Shown here: piece after piece, positions 9,926-18,705 of the stretch
Layout of the letters: the number at the start of each line of letters is the position of its first letter
Numbering within the stretch: the stretch's first letter is position 1
Origin: Deltaproteobacteria bacterium
GTDB lineage: Bacteria > Desulfobacterota > Binatia > Binatales > Binataceae
DNA: 64,000 bases
Direction of reading: 5' to 3'
NCBI GenBank assembly: GCA_003161515.1
Contig: PMOH01000316.1
Location: 1,210 to 65,209 of the forward strand
Notes under the pieces: model-generated
Database searches by the model: none
Seen by the model: only the letters and a program-made list of their open reading frames with translations
Told to the model about the DNA's origin: nothing
Position numbers and translations under genes: made by a program

Positions 9926-10408
9926 ATGGCACGCGACAAAAAAGGTCGGTTCATCTCGGAGCGCACGCGGATTCGATTGGCGGCAGCGGCGGCTAAGAGA
10001 GCGGCGGCGCTTCTCGCCGTGCCGCACGAGGAAGTAGCCAAAGAGTTGCTGTCCGGAGACACCTACAGTCTCGGAGACGCACCGAATTCGCCGGGCAAAG
10101 AAGCAGAAGCGCCGCTCGACACTCTCGACCTCGAGGCGACGCATCACTCTCCGGAATCCGAAAGCAAGGCATGGAAAGCCATCCTCATCGCTCTGTCGGT
10201 GATCGGGTTGCTATGCGCCGCTGGCTGGTACGCGCTAAATCGCTCGCAGTTGGAGTCGCCCCCGGAGCCGACCGAACTTGTTTCCCCGGCCGCGTCGAGC
10301 GCGAGCGCATCGCCAAGTGATACGCCGACGCCGATGGTGACTCCTTCGCCGAGCGCGTCCGCCACGCCGGTCGATTTTCGCAAATACAGCGAACCGGATA
10401 ACGACTGA
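9926..10408 (+). CDS. membrane-anchored Pro/Ser-rich protein
   Basis: Single transmembrane segment (ILIALSVIGLLCAAGWYAL), then an SPSAS low-complexity extracytoplasmic tail. Confidence 0.35.
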   Translation: MARDKKGRFISERTRIRLAAAAAKRAAALLAVPHEEVAKELLSGDTYSLGDAPNSPGKEAEAPLDTLDLEATHHSPESESKAWKAILIALSVIGLLCAAGWYALNRSQLESPPEPTELVSPAASSASASPSDTPTPMVTPSPSASATPVDFRKYSEPDND

Positions 10409-10418
10409 AGTTGTAAGA

Positions 10419-11060
10419 ATGGCGGCTGCGGTTCCAGAACGACGAGTCCCCAAGGACCTCACTCCCGACGCGTTGCTCAAAGCGCGCGACGAAGCCGAGC
10501 GTCGTAAAAAGGCGTTTAATCTTCGAATCCTGAACGCTAGCTACGAGGACATCGCCAAACAAACTGGCATCCATGTAAAGAGAGTCGGCCGCGAAATCCG
10601 CAAGGCACTCGGCGAGCTCGACGAGATCGATCTGCTCGATCGCCGCAAGCTCGCGGCCGAGCGGCTCGACGCGCTCGAGCGGCCGTTCTGGGCGCGCGCT
10701 CTCGGGGGCGACGTCAAGGCCGGGAATTTCATCCTGCGCTGCGAGACCCAGCGCGCCGAACTGTTCGGGTATGCCGCCGGCAAACCGGATTCACCCGATG
10801 GGCCCCGGCTCGGGGAGATAGCGCGCGGCCTTCCCCCTGGAGCGCGGGCGACGGTCGAACTCTCGAGCGTGTGGCAGAGCCCCGATGTCATCGCCGCGGT
10901 GCAGAAAGCTCGCCGGGAGAAGATGATCAGCGGGCCCAAGGAATCCGCGATCGATGCGAGTTTTATGCGCGGGTCCGATGAGAACGCCGTTGACCCTGAC
11001 GAGCAACTCTACGACGAGGTTCTCGCCGAGGGAGTTGCGCAAGCGAGTGAGTCAGCATAA
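10419..11060 (+). CDS. putative terminase small subunit / sigma-70 region-4-like HTH protein
   Basis: HTH (ASYEDIAKQTGIHVKRVGREIRKAL). Its position a few genes upstream of the large terminase fits a small terminase, but the call is tentative. Confidence 0.3.
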   Translation: MAAAVPERRVPKDLTPDALLKARDEAERRKKAFNLRILNASYEDIAKQTGIHVKRVGREIRKALGELDEIDLLDRRKLAAERLDALERPFWARALGGDVKAGNFILRCETQRAELFGYAAGKPDSPDGPRLGEIARGLPPGARATVELSSVWQSPDVIAAVQKARREKMISGPKESAIDASFMRGSDENAVDPDEQLYDEVLAEGVAQASESA

Positions 11061-11105
11061 AGAGTAAGCGACCAATCTTGGCGACAATGTCGGGAGGATG
11101 CGGGA

Positions 11106-11654
11106 ATGAAAGTGCGGAAAAATGTAGCGCGACTGATAGGGCTAGCTGCAATTATTGCTTTGTTCGGCACGCTCAGCCTCAAACCGGATCCGCTCCGGGT
11201 CTTCCAGACGATCGCCGCCGCCGTAACCGCGACCGTAACCGCGACCGCAACCGCGACCGCAACCGCGACTACGACCGCTACGGCCACGCCGGTTGTCGCA
11301 GTATTTCCCACGCCGACTGTCGTCGCCGCGCCCGCCGGCTGCGCATCTATCGCAGGCCTCGGGCCCTATACCATCGGCGTGAGCTGGTGTCAGGATCAGA
11401 GCCAATCGCCCTACGTGCTCATGGTCTGGAACGGAGTTTCGTTCGTCCGGCCCGCTGCGCTCACGAAAGGCGTCACGCCGCCATCGACCGCACCTGATAC
11501 CGCGCTGTGGCTGAACACCAACGATTATCCGCCGGTGCTCGAACAGTGCAGCGCCTCGACCTGCTCGCCGGCACGGTGCCTAGTCGGAGTTTGCGGCATT
11601 TGGAATCCCCTGATGATTCCAAACTACGGGCCGCTGGCGTCGCCCGTGCCCTAA
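11106..11654 (+). CDS. secreted protein or lipoprotein with (Thr-Ala)n repeat
   Basis: Signal peptide MKVRKNVARLIGLAAIIALFGTLSL. The TATVTATATATATATTTATATP tract is encoded by a 12-bp tandem DNA repeat. Confidence 0.4.
   Translation: MKVRKNVARLIGLAAIIALFGTLSLKPDPLRVFQTIAAAVTATVTATATATATATTTATATPVVAVFPTPTVVAAPAGCASIAGLGPYTIGVSWCQDQSQSPYVLMVWNGVSFVRPAALTKGVTPPSTAPDTALWLNTNDYPPVLEQCSASTCSPARCLVGVCGIWNPLMIPNYGPLASPVP
11224..11285 (+). repeat. 12-bp tandem repeat (GTAACCGCGACC / GCAACCGCGACC) x about 5
   Basis: Tandem iterations are directly visible in the sequence. They lie inside CDS 11106-11654. Confidence 0.7.
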
Positions 11655-12064
11655 AGAAAAACACCCCAAAAAAGGGCGGGGAGTCGATTATTGGTTTACC
11701 TCTAGCGACTTCCCGCCTTGACTTCAGAGCGTTGGCGAATGTGGATTTTCGACTCGGTAGCTCACAGTTATTCTGGGACGGACAATTAGAACTTCCGTGT
11801 CCTCTCTGCCAAGCGCTTAATCTCAAAACTTCAGATCACTCGACCGAGACCTGTCGTAGCTGTAGGCGCTGGTTTAACTGGCGCTGGATCGCTTATCGCA
11901 TGTTCCACGAGTACGTCGATGGCCCGAGCGAGAAACCATCTGACCCCAATGAGCCGATAAGGGCTTGGACCCCGAGCGACGAACTCAAAAGTATGCGACC
12001 GCGCGCGCGGGGGCTTGATGGAAAATATGTCAAAGGCCCCGGAGGCGCAGGCGATGGCGCGTGA
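11507..12064 (+). CDS. hypothetical protein (start uncertain)
   Basis: 185-aa ORF. Its first 148 nt overlap the upstream CDS. No better candidate covers 11655-12014. Confidence 0.2.
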   Translation: MAEHQRLSAGARTVQRLDLLAGTVPSRSLRHLESPDDSKLRAAGVARALKKNTPKKGGESIIGLPLATSRLDFRALANVDFRLGSSQLFWDGQLELPCPLCQALNLKTSDHSTETCRSCRRWFNWRWIAYRMFHEYVDGPSEKPSDPNEPIRAWTPSDELKSMRPRARGLDGKYVKGPGGAGDGA

Positions 12065-12302
12065 CGATTCCTATACCGGCAAGGCCGCATCGATCGTTCA
12101 AGAGGTCGAAGACATCGCAATTTTATTTGGCTGGTCGTTCGAGCGCCTCTACAACGGATTCTGGCAAAGCCCCCGCGGGCTCGCGGCGGTGCTTCTCGAC
12201 GACGATCAGATCGACTCAATCGACGAAAACTACGCCATCATTCGCCCCAAGCAGGCCGGCGGGAAGACCCTCAAATTCTGGCGTGTGACCAATGGCTACT
12301 GA
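12015..12302 (+). CDS. hypothetical protein
   Basis: 95-aa ORF directly upstream of the terminase and overlapping its start. Confidence 0.3.
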   Translation: MMENMSKAPEAQAMARDDSYTGKAASIVQEVEDIAILFGWSFERLYNGFWQSPRGLAAVLLDDDQIDSIDENYAIIRPKQAGGKTLKFWRVTNGY

Positions 12303-13902
12303 GAGTTTCGAATCACTATCTTCCGCCGAGCAGGAGGTTATTCTGACCCGCGCCTGTCCTGACTATTGGCTCGAAAAGACGACTGGCGAAAAGGCTTGGG
12401 CTAGGCAGGTCGAGGTCATGCAGGCGGTTGCGATGCACCCGCGGGTGGCGGTCGCGTCCGGGAATGGAATTGGGAAAACGTGGCTCGCTGCTCGGTTGGC
12501 GGCCTGGTTCCTAAGCGTCTTCTCCCCTGCGACCGTGGTGACTACCGCGCCGAACATGCGTCAAGTGAAAGACCTCCTCTGGAAAGAAATTCAGGTCGTC
12601 GCTGGCAAGGCCAAAGAGAATGGGCATGATCTTGGCGGCGAACTGTTCACCGCGAGTTGGGAATTTCCCGCGCTCAAGAGAAGGGGCATTAGGCACTACG
12701 GCGTCGGCTTCGCCTCGAAAGAATACGACGTCAACCAATTTCAGGGCTATCACAACTCACACATTTTGGTGATAGAGGATGAGGCCGCCGGCATCAGTGA
12801 GCCGGTCGACGAAGGGATCAACTCGATACTCAAAGGCGCCTTCACCCGCTGGCTGAAAATCGGCAACCCGACCACACTCAAAGGGCCGTTCTTCGGAGCC
12901 TTCAAGAGTAAAGACTGGGTCTGTTATCACATTTCGCAATTCGATACCCCGAACGTAAATGCCGTCCCTCCACCGCGAATATTTGAACAGGATCTCGGCA
13001 CGCGCAAAGAAATCATGGAGCGGTTCCTCGATAGCCTCCTCACGATGCCGATCAGTATCGATGGCGTTGTAACCCCGGCAAATATCAAGAGCGACTTCTA
13101 CAAATGGGGCGAAGATCATCCGCTCTGGCAGGCGCGTGTGCTCGGGCAGTTTCCGGATCGGACGGAGGACACCTTCATCGCGATCTCGTGGGTCGAGCGC
13201 GCCGCGGCGGCGACTCGCAATCTGGAAGGCGCGACTATCGACGTCGGTGTCGACGTCGCGCGCTATGGCAGCGCGAACACGGTCTTTGTCGCGCGCATCG
13301 GCGATCGGCCTGCACAGGGAAACGCATTCGCTTGGGAGAAGTACGGTCAGCAGGGCTTGATGGTTACGTGCGGCCGCATTATCCAGTTTATTTCAAAGAT
13401 CCGTGCCTTTTGGAAGGAAGTGGCCCCCGCGAATCTGCCCTGCCCGCTGATTCGAGTCAAAATCGACGCAGTTGGCCTCGGTGCGGGCGCCTACGATCGC
13501 TGCAAGGAGATCTTCGACGGTGAAGAATGGCGCGTGGATGGCCGACGTACCGTCACGGTCCACGAAATGATCGAGCATCGCACCGCGCGCAATCCCATCC
13601 AATACACCAACGCTACTACCGAATGGTGGGCGCTGACAGCACGAGGCTTCGAAGCCGGGGACATCTCCGGCGAGGTCTTCGCTGACAAAGACCTGATGGA
13701 CGAATTGGTCTCGCGCAAATACGAATACGGGTCCGATGGGAGAATGCGAGCAGAGAGCAAGGAGGCCATGAAGACACGCGGCGAGGCTTCACCGGACTTC
13801 GGCGACGCCGTGGTGATCGCTTACGCAGACATACCAATGAGTTTATTCGATGATGAGGAGCCGTCATCCGGCCTACACGCAGGTCTTGTCTACGGCAGGT
13901 AG
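12292..13902 (+). CDS. terL: terminase large subunit
   Basis: Walker A (GNGIGKTW) and Walker B (ILVIEDEAAG) motifs. The C-terminal half is RNase-H-like nuclease (IDAVGLGAGAYD ... DFGDAVVIA). It lies directly upstream of the portal. Confidence 0.8.
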   Translation: MATESFESLSSAEQEVILTRACPDYWLEKTTGEKAWARQVEVMQAVAMHPRVAVASGNGIGKTWLAARLAAWFLSVFSPATVVTTAPNMRQVKDLLWKEIQVVAGKAKENGHDLGGELFTASWEFPALKRRGIRHYGVGFASKEYDVNQFQGYHNSHILVIEDEAAGISEPVDEGINSILKGAFTRWLKIGNPTTLKGPFFGAFKSKDWVCYHISQFDTPNVNAVPPPRIFEQDLGTRKEIMERFLDSLLTMPISIDGVVTPANIKSDFYKWGEDHPLWQARVLGQFPDRTEDTFIAISWVERAAAATRNLEGATIDVGVDVARYGSANTVFVARIGDRPAQGNAFAWEKYGQQGLMVTCGRIIQFISKIRAFWKEVAPANLPCPLIRVKIDAVGLGAGAYDRCKEIFDGEEWRVDGRRTVTVHEMIEHRTARNPIQYTNATTEWWALTARGFEAGDISGEVFADKDLMDELVSRKYEYGSDGRMRAESKEAMKTRGEASPDFGDAVVIAYADIPMSLFDDEEPSSGLHAGLVYGR

Positions 13903-13983
13903 AATCGATGGAGCAGTCCCATCTTTAAGACAATCGGCAATAAGATCACTTTCGCGAGCTGGGCGACCGCGCGCTACAAAAAG

Positions 13984-15672
13984 TTGGATCTATACGACCG
14001 CCTGTTAGACGGAACCTTCTACGATCATTTGCCCAATTCGTTTTATGAAGAGACGGGACAACGAAACCACTACATCCCGCTGCATGAGCGCCGGCCGTCG
14101 GTCCAGTACAATCTCTGTGCGTTCGTGGCCAGGAAGATCGCGCGCAAGCTCTTCGCGGGACGCCACGCGCCTCGCTTCGCGCACGAAAACGACGACCTCA
14201 AGGAAGCGGCTACCGCACTCGCGCGCGAGGGCTTCCTCGAGCAGAAGCTCCTTCGTGCAGCGGTCTGGGGCTCCGTCGGCGCCGTTTGCGTCACTTTCAA
14301 AATCGAGCCCGATGGCGCCGAACAGCAGCGCATCGTATTCGAGGTCTGGCGCGCGAAATGGTGCGAGCCGGAATTCGACAAGCTCGGCGAGCTGAACTCG
14401 CTGCGCATCGCCTACCTGACTTATGGCTACCAGTTCAAGGCGATCTACGGGGTCGAAAAGGACGATGAGGGCAAGCCGATCGATGATGGCGCCCTCTATT
14501 GGCATGTCTCGGACATCGACACGCAGCAATGGATTGTCTACCAACCGAGAGCCAAGGACTCATGGCCCCCTGGCGATGAAAAGCCACTCTTGGCGATGGA
14601 CGAGTTGAAGCAACCTACGCCGCACAACTTCGGGTTCGTGCCGGCGCATTGGTTCGTGAATCTGTCGAGCGGGGATGACATCGACGGCCAATGCCTGTTC
14701 AAAGATGCGATCAACACGGCGATCGATATCGACTACACCATCAGCTCGCTCGGCCGCGGCGTCCGCTACAATGCCTCGCCCGAGGTAGTGCTAATCGGCA
14801 AACGCAAGAATGCCGACCTGGACGAACGCACCGGGACGATGGTGATCCGCGGGCCGACTCACGTCATCGAGATGGAAGGCACCCGGCGCGATTCCGCCGG
14901 CAACCAGATCGGCGGCGGTGACGCGAAGCTCCTCGAAATGAGCGGCCAGGGGATTGCCGTCGGCCTGCAGCTCGTGGAGACGCTCCGGAAGTTTGCGCTG
15001 GAATCGATAGCCGCCTCCAGGAAGGACCCCGACAAGATAGGCGGTCCCCAAAGCGGCCGTGCGATGGAGATGCTCGACGACGATCCGCTCGATCTCTATG
15101 ACGAGATGCGCCAGACGTACGGCGAGAACGGATCCCTGCCTCTGATGCGCAAGGCGATGCGCGCGGCGGCGAAGGTAAAGCACGCCTTGCTTGAAGGCGT
15201 TAGTCTCACCGACATTGATGCGCTCGCTTACTACTGGCCGAAGCCGTACCAGCCGGGCGCGCAGGAGATATTCCAGCTTGGGCAAGGACTTGTTGCGCTC
15301 ACCACGCCGATTCCGGACGAGCACGAAACTGCTCCTGGGCCTGCTGTACCCGGCGCCGACGGGAAACCGGGGAAGCCCGGCGCGGCGCAGCAGACTGGCA
15401 CGGTCGCGATGCGGCCGATTATGACGATCGAGAAGGCGTCCCGCTTGGTCGACACTATGCTCGACGTTCCGCCGGACGTTGCGACTATGCCCGCGCAACA
15501 GGAGCCCGCGCCCACCGGAGACGATGGCGGGCATCCTTCTCCGGAGCCGGTCGAGACGCCGGAGCACGACAAAGAAGACGAAGGAGACGCCCTCGCGCGC
15601 GCGTCGAAGCTCTCGCAGCCTAAACCGAAACGTCCGAGCGGGCGAGCGCCACGCAAGAAGGTAAGTAAGTGA
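13984..15672 (+). CDS. portal protein
   Basis: 562 aa, immediately after terL, with an acidic/Pro-rich C-terminal tail. The call rests on position and size. Confidence 0.6.
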   Translation: MDLYDRLLDGTFYDHLPNSFYEETGQRNHYIPLHERRPSVQYNLCAFVARKIARKLFAGRHAPRFAHENDDLKEAATALAREGFLEQKLLRAAVWGSVGAVCVTFKIEPDGAEQQRIVFEVWRAKWCEPEFDKLGELNSLRIAYLTYGYQFKAIYGVEKDDEGKPIDDGALYWHVSDIDTQQWIVYQPRAKDSWPPGDEKPLLAMDELKQPTPHNFGFVPAHWFVNLSSGDDIDGQCLFKDAINTAIDIDYTISSLGRGVRYNASPEVVLIGKRKNADLDERTGTMVIRGPTHVIEMEGTRRDSAGNQIGGGDAKLLEMSGQGIAVGLQLVETLRKFALESIAASRKDPDKIGGPQSGRAMEMLDDDPLDLYDEMRQTYGENGSLPLMRKAMRAAAKVKHALLEGVSLTDIDALAYYWPKPYQPGAQEIFQLGQGLVALTTPIPDEHETAPGPAVPGADGKPGKPGAAQQTGTVAMRPIMTIEKASRLVDTMLDVPPDVATMPAQQEPAPTGDDGGHPSPEPVETPEHDKEDEGDALARASKLSQPKPKRPSGRAPRKKVSK

Positions 15673-16199
15673 ACCCTCAACTAATCCAGGTACGCGAGCC
15701 CGAGATCGGGTCCAAGGGCTTTCTCATCGAGAAAGATGGGCTCTTCGTCTTATCGACCGGACCGGGATTGTTGCGCGGTATCGCGTGCACCCACGCGGGA
15801 TCCGGAATGCTCGTGGTGCACGACGGGGTGCCTACTTCGAATGGCTTCTTCGAGAATCGCGGACACCGGCAGATGGCGGCCGGCAGCAGCGACGAGATCT
15901 GGCGGTGCGCGCGGTGCGATGGCGCTCAATGCCCGATGTGTTTTGGTGCCGGGGAGATTGCTCATGCGATCGAACGCGTCCCTTGCCCGGTAGGACCTCG
16001 GCATTGTTCAGCCTGCAGGGGCACCGGAATAGAGGGAGACTACTGGTCACGAAACGGCCGCGTGATGATGCGGCTGAATCAAATGGGGATGTGGATGTTC
16101 GATGCGGGGTTTCACCACGGCCTCTCGATCGCAGTTGCCGGCGGAACCCCATCGGTGCACATCATCGCGACGATCACTTGGCTGACGCATGGCGACTAA
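15669..16199 (+). CDS. DnaJ-type zinc-finger (CxxCxGxG) protein
   Basis: CARC, CPMCFGAG and CSACRGTG repeats typical of the DnaJ cysteine-rich domain. The start overlaps the portal stop. Confidence 0.45.
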   Translation: MNPQLIQVREPEIGSKGFLIEKDGLFVLSTGPGLLRGIACTHAGSGMLVVHDGVPTSNGFFENRGHRQMAAGSSDEIWRCARCDGAQCPMCFGAGEIAHAIERVPCPVGPRHCSACRGTGIEGDYWSRNGRVMMRLNQMGMWMFDAGFHHGLSIAVAGGTPSVHIIATITWLTHGD

Positions 16200-16458
16200 A
16201 CAAAAAGCACATCGAAAGCCGGGCAAGGTTGTGAAGTTGCACGCGATCGACGGGCAGCATGGGGTCCACGCGACGCTGGCCAGGCTCTATCGGAATTTAG
16301 AGAAGGATTTTCCGGGCGCCAAGCAAGTCTTGGTCGTGATTCAGAGTTACCCCGACAAGAACCACGAATGCGAATGGGCGACGGTTACTAACAATCTGAC
16401 GCGGGCTGAAAAGCTCTATTTGTTGGAGATGGGGAAACGGGTGATGTTCGGTGACTGA
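16189..16458 (+). CDS. hypothetical protein
   Basis: 89 aa. Chained to its neighbours by overlaps. Confidence 0.35.
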   Translation: MATKQKAHRKPGKVVKLHAIDGQHGVHATLARLYRNLEKDFPGAKQVLVVIQSYPDKNHECEWATVTNNLTRAEKLYLLEMGKRVMFGD

Positions 16459-16753
16459 GTTGTTCACACCGGCCGGGCCCGGAAGCCTCATGCGATCGGT
16501 AACGATCGATGATGTCGGCGTCTTCCACGTAGCCCGTCGGACCTGCGAGCTGTACTCGGTCGAGATTATGAGCGGTTGGGGCAGACTCAGGGCGAGCAAT
16601 GGACGCGGTCGGAGCCTCTGGTATCAGCCGTCCATTTTCACAGGATCGTTTGTGATTGGGTGCGAGGCCGAAGAAGGATTGATCGTGGAGATCCAAGGTG
16701 GACCGCCGACGGTGAACGTCAACTTTAGAGAGAAAACGCGCGACCTAGTGTGA
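16451..16753 (+). CDS. hypothetical protein
   Basis: 100 aa. Overlapping-coupled to its neighbours. Confidence 0.35.
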   Translation: MTELFTPAGPGSLMRSVTIDDVGVFHVARRTCELYSVEIMSGWGRLRASNGRGRSLWYQPSIFTGSFVIGCEAEEGLIVEIQGGPPTVNVNFREKTRDLV

Positions 16754-16986
16754 TTCAAATCAAGTCCCCAATGACAGGTTCGATACAGCTCTTTTTGCGC
16801 GAGAACGGGGCGACGGTCGCGGCTGGGGACAAGATCATCGGCATCGAGAGTATGAAGATGATGAACGAGGTAAAGACGCCGGCTGCGGGTCGGCTGAGTT
16901 TTAAGGTACGTCTTGGACAAGTAGTGAATCGCGGACAAGTTCTGGCGGAGGTGGATGATGGCGCTACCAATCAAACTAACAGCTAG
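16750..16986 (+). CDS. biotinyl/lipoyl-domain (BCCP-like) protein
   Basis: 78 aa with IESMKMMNEV. This matches the (E/S)(A/S)MKM biotin-attachment hairpin flanked by a hybrid-barrel pattern (GDKIIGIE ... GQVVNRGQVLAEV). Confidence 0.5.
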   Translation: MIQIKSPMTGSIQLFLRENGATVAAGDKIIGIESMKMMNEVKTPAAGRLSFKVRLGQVVNRGQVLAEVDDGATNQTNS

Positions 16987-17266
16987 CGGGGCGGGGATCG
17001 CGGCGAGTGCACAGCTCCAAAGTTCGGGGTTAGTGGTCGCCATTAAAGGCGTGGCTGGCGTCGCGGCTCTCGATGCTGCGGTCTGGGTCGCCCCGCAGAA
17101 CAACGCTACTACGAACGGCGACGAGATCGCGCATATGAAAGCGTCGGCCGCAGGGACAGACACACTGGCGGTGCCAAACGGCATAGCTGTCGAGTCGGGT
17201 CAGTACCTGCTGGTGAACTTTGTCGACACTGACGCCAATCACGAAGTCTGGATATATTTCGACTGA
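16955..17266 (+). CDS. hypothetical head-module protein
   Basis: 103-aa ORF. Its start overlaps the upstream CDS. Confidence 0.35.
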   Translation: MMALPIKLTASGAGIAASAQLQSSGLVVAIKGVAGVAALDAAVWVAPQNNATTNGDEIAHMKASAAGTDTLAVPNGIAVESGQYLLVNFVDTDANHEVWIYFD

Positions 17267-17288
17267 TAGTCGAATAAGGGAGAGAAGG

Positions 17289-18041
17289 ATGTTCATACAA
17301 GGCTTCTTCGGTAGAGAGTTGGACCGACGGATGTTGCTGCTTGAGGGCGAAGGCGAAGGTGGTGGGGGAGGAGGAGCTGGCGGCGATCCTCCTGCCGGCG
17401 GTGGCGCACCCGCAGGCGGAGGCGGAGCGCCGCCAGCCGCTGAGAGCGGCGAGGTGGATATCGCCAAGTTGCCGAAAGCAGCTCAGGAATACATCCAGAA
17501 AATCCGCGGTGAGTCCGCGAGTGAACGCACTAAGCGAATCGCTGTCGAAGCCGAGCGCGATCGCCTGTCGAAAGAGAAAAAAGACAGCGACGACAAAGCT
17601 TCCGTCGAAAAAGGCGAGTTCAAAACCCTCTACGAGAATACCAAAAAAGAACTCGATACCGAACGCACCGCGCGCCGAGCACAGACCATCGACGGTGCGA
17701 TCCGCGAGGCTGCCGCCGCCGCTGGTATCTTAGATCCCGACCTCGTCACTCTCATCAAGCGCGAGACCGTCCAAGTAACCGATTCCGGTCAGGTCGCCGG
17801 TGCCCGCGAGGCTGTTGAGGCGTTCAAAGCCGAGAAGCCCAATCTCTTCAAGGCTGCTGCGCCTGCTGGCGGTGGCGGGGGAGGCGGCGGTGGTCCTACC
17901 CCTCGGGGGACCGGGCCCCGCAGTCCCGCCCCGGCTGGTGATGGCGGCGGCGGCGCACCGAAGGATGTCGGCACTTTGGAGCAGAAAGAGTATAACGCCC
18001 ACAAAGCTCAGACGCTTCGCAGTCTGCGAAACGTACGGTAG
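17289..18041 (+). CDS. scaffolding-like protein
   Basis: ATG at 17289 with an AAGGGAGAGAAGG RBS. It has a Gly-rich N-terminus, a charged coiled-coil core (AERDRLSKEKKDSDDKASVEKGEFKTLYENTKKELDTER) and a Gly-rich C-terminus. Both composition and position fit a scaffold. Confidence 0.45.
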   Translation: MFIQGFFGRELDRRMLLLEGEGEGGGGGGAGGDPPAGGGAPAGGGGAPPAAESGEVDIAKLPKAAQEYIQKIRGESASERTKRIAVEAERDRLSKEKKDSDDKASVEKGEFKTLYENTKKELDTERTARRAQTIDGAIREAAAAAGILDPDLVTLIKRETVQVTDSGQVAGAREAVEAFKAEKPNLFKAAAPAGGGGGGGGGPTPRGTGPRSPAPAGDGGGGAPKDVGTLEQKEYNAHKAQTLRSLRNVR

Positions 18042-18051
18042 GAGGGCCGCC

Positions 18052-18705
18052 ATGAAAAGCATACCTAGTTGGCTATTGGCACTTTTAATCTTGCTGACAC
18101 CGGTGACGGCTATGCCGCAAAGCGGCTCCTTCACCGCGCGCGGCTACACATCCAGTGATCGGAGTGTAGGCGCCGTACGAAGCGGCAGAATCAGCACGCA
18201 CATCGGTACTCACGCCCATCTAGTTTGTCGCGACCGCAGCGGAAAGGTGGTTTGGACCCGCGACGCCGATAACATGCTGACCACGGTGGGCGCGAATCTA
18301 TATCTGACTGATACGATCGTGAGCGGCGTCTCGTCGCCAACTTGGTACGTCGGACTGCTTTATGGGACGAGCGTCGCGACGTTCGCGACTGCGGATACCA
18401 TGTCGTCGAACGGCTGGGCTACCGGCACCGGCGGTGGGGAAGTTACCGGCACGCAGGTCACCAACTCGACGCGGCCGGCGTTTACCCCAGGCAGCGTTTC
18501 GGCCGGAAGCGTCAGCAATACCGGATCGCCGGCGGTCTTCACCGGCAACGCCACGGTTACCCTTCAGGGCTTTATCTTCGTGAATAATTCGACGCTCGCA
18601 GGCACGACCGGAACTTTGATGGGCGAGGGGACTTTTACTGCCGCGCCGATCGCGGCGGGCTACACCATCACCGTAACGGTGACCGATAACGTAACCCCTG
18701 GTTGA
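18052..18705 (+). CDS. signal-peptide protein (Thr/Gly-rich beta-type)
   Basis: Signal peptide MKSIPSWLLALLILLTPVTA. Start is ATG at 18052 after the scaffold stop. Confidence 0.45.
   Translation: MKSIPSWLLALLILLTPVTAMPQSGSFTARGYTSSDRSVGAVRSGRISTHIGTHAHLVCRDRSGKVVWTRDADNMLTTVGANLYLTDTIVSGVSSPTWYVGLLYGTSVATFATADTMSSNGWATGTGGGEVTGTQVTNSTRPAFTPGSVSAGSVSNTGSPAVFTGNATVTLQGFIFVNNSTLAGTTGTLMGEGTFTAAPIAAGYTITVTVTDNVTPG

Noticed and set aside
14005-15567. Long antisense ORFs inside the portal gene (14005-14544, 14791-15567)
   Set aside because: Opposite-strand ORFs with Arg/Leu-rich composition in high-GC DNA. The plus-strand frame is continuous with the structural operon.
17030-17467. Minus-strand Pro-rich ORF (PPPPAGAPPP...)
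   Set aside because: It is the mirror image of the Gly-rich (GGC)n tract of the plus-strand scaffold-like gene, so it is an artefact.
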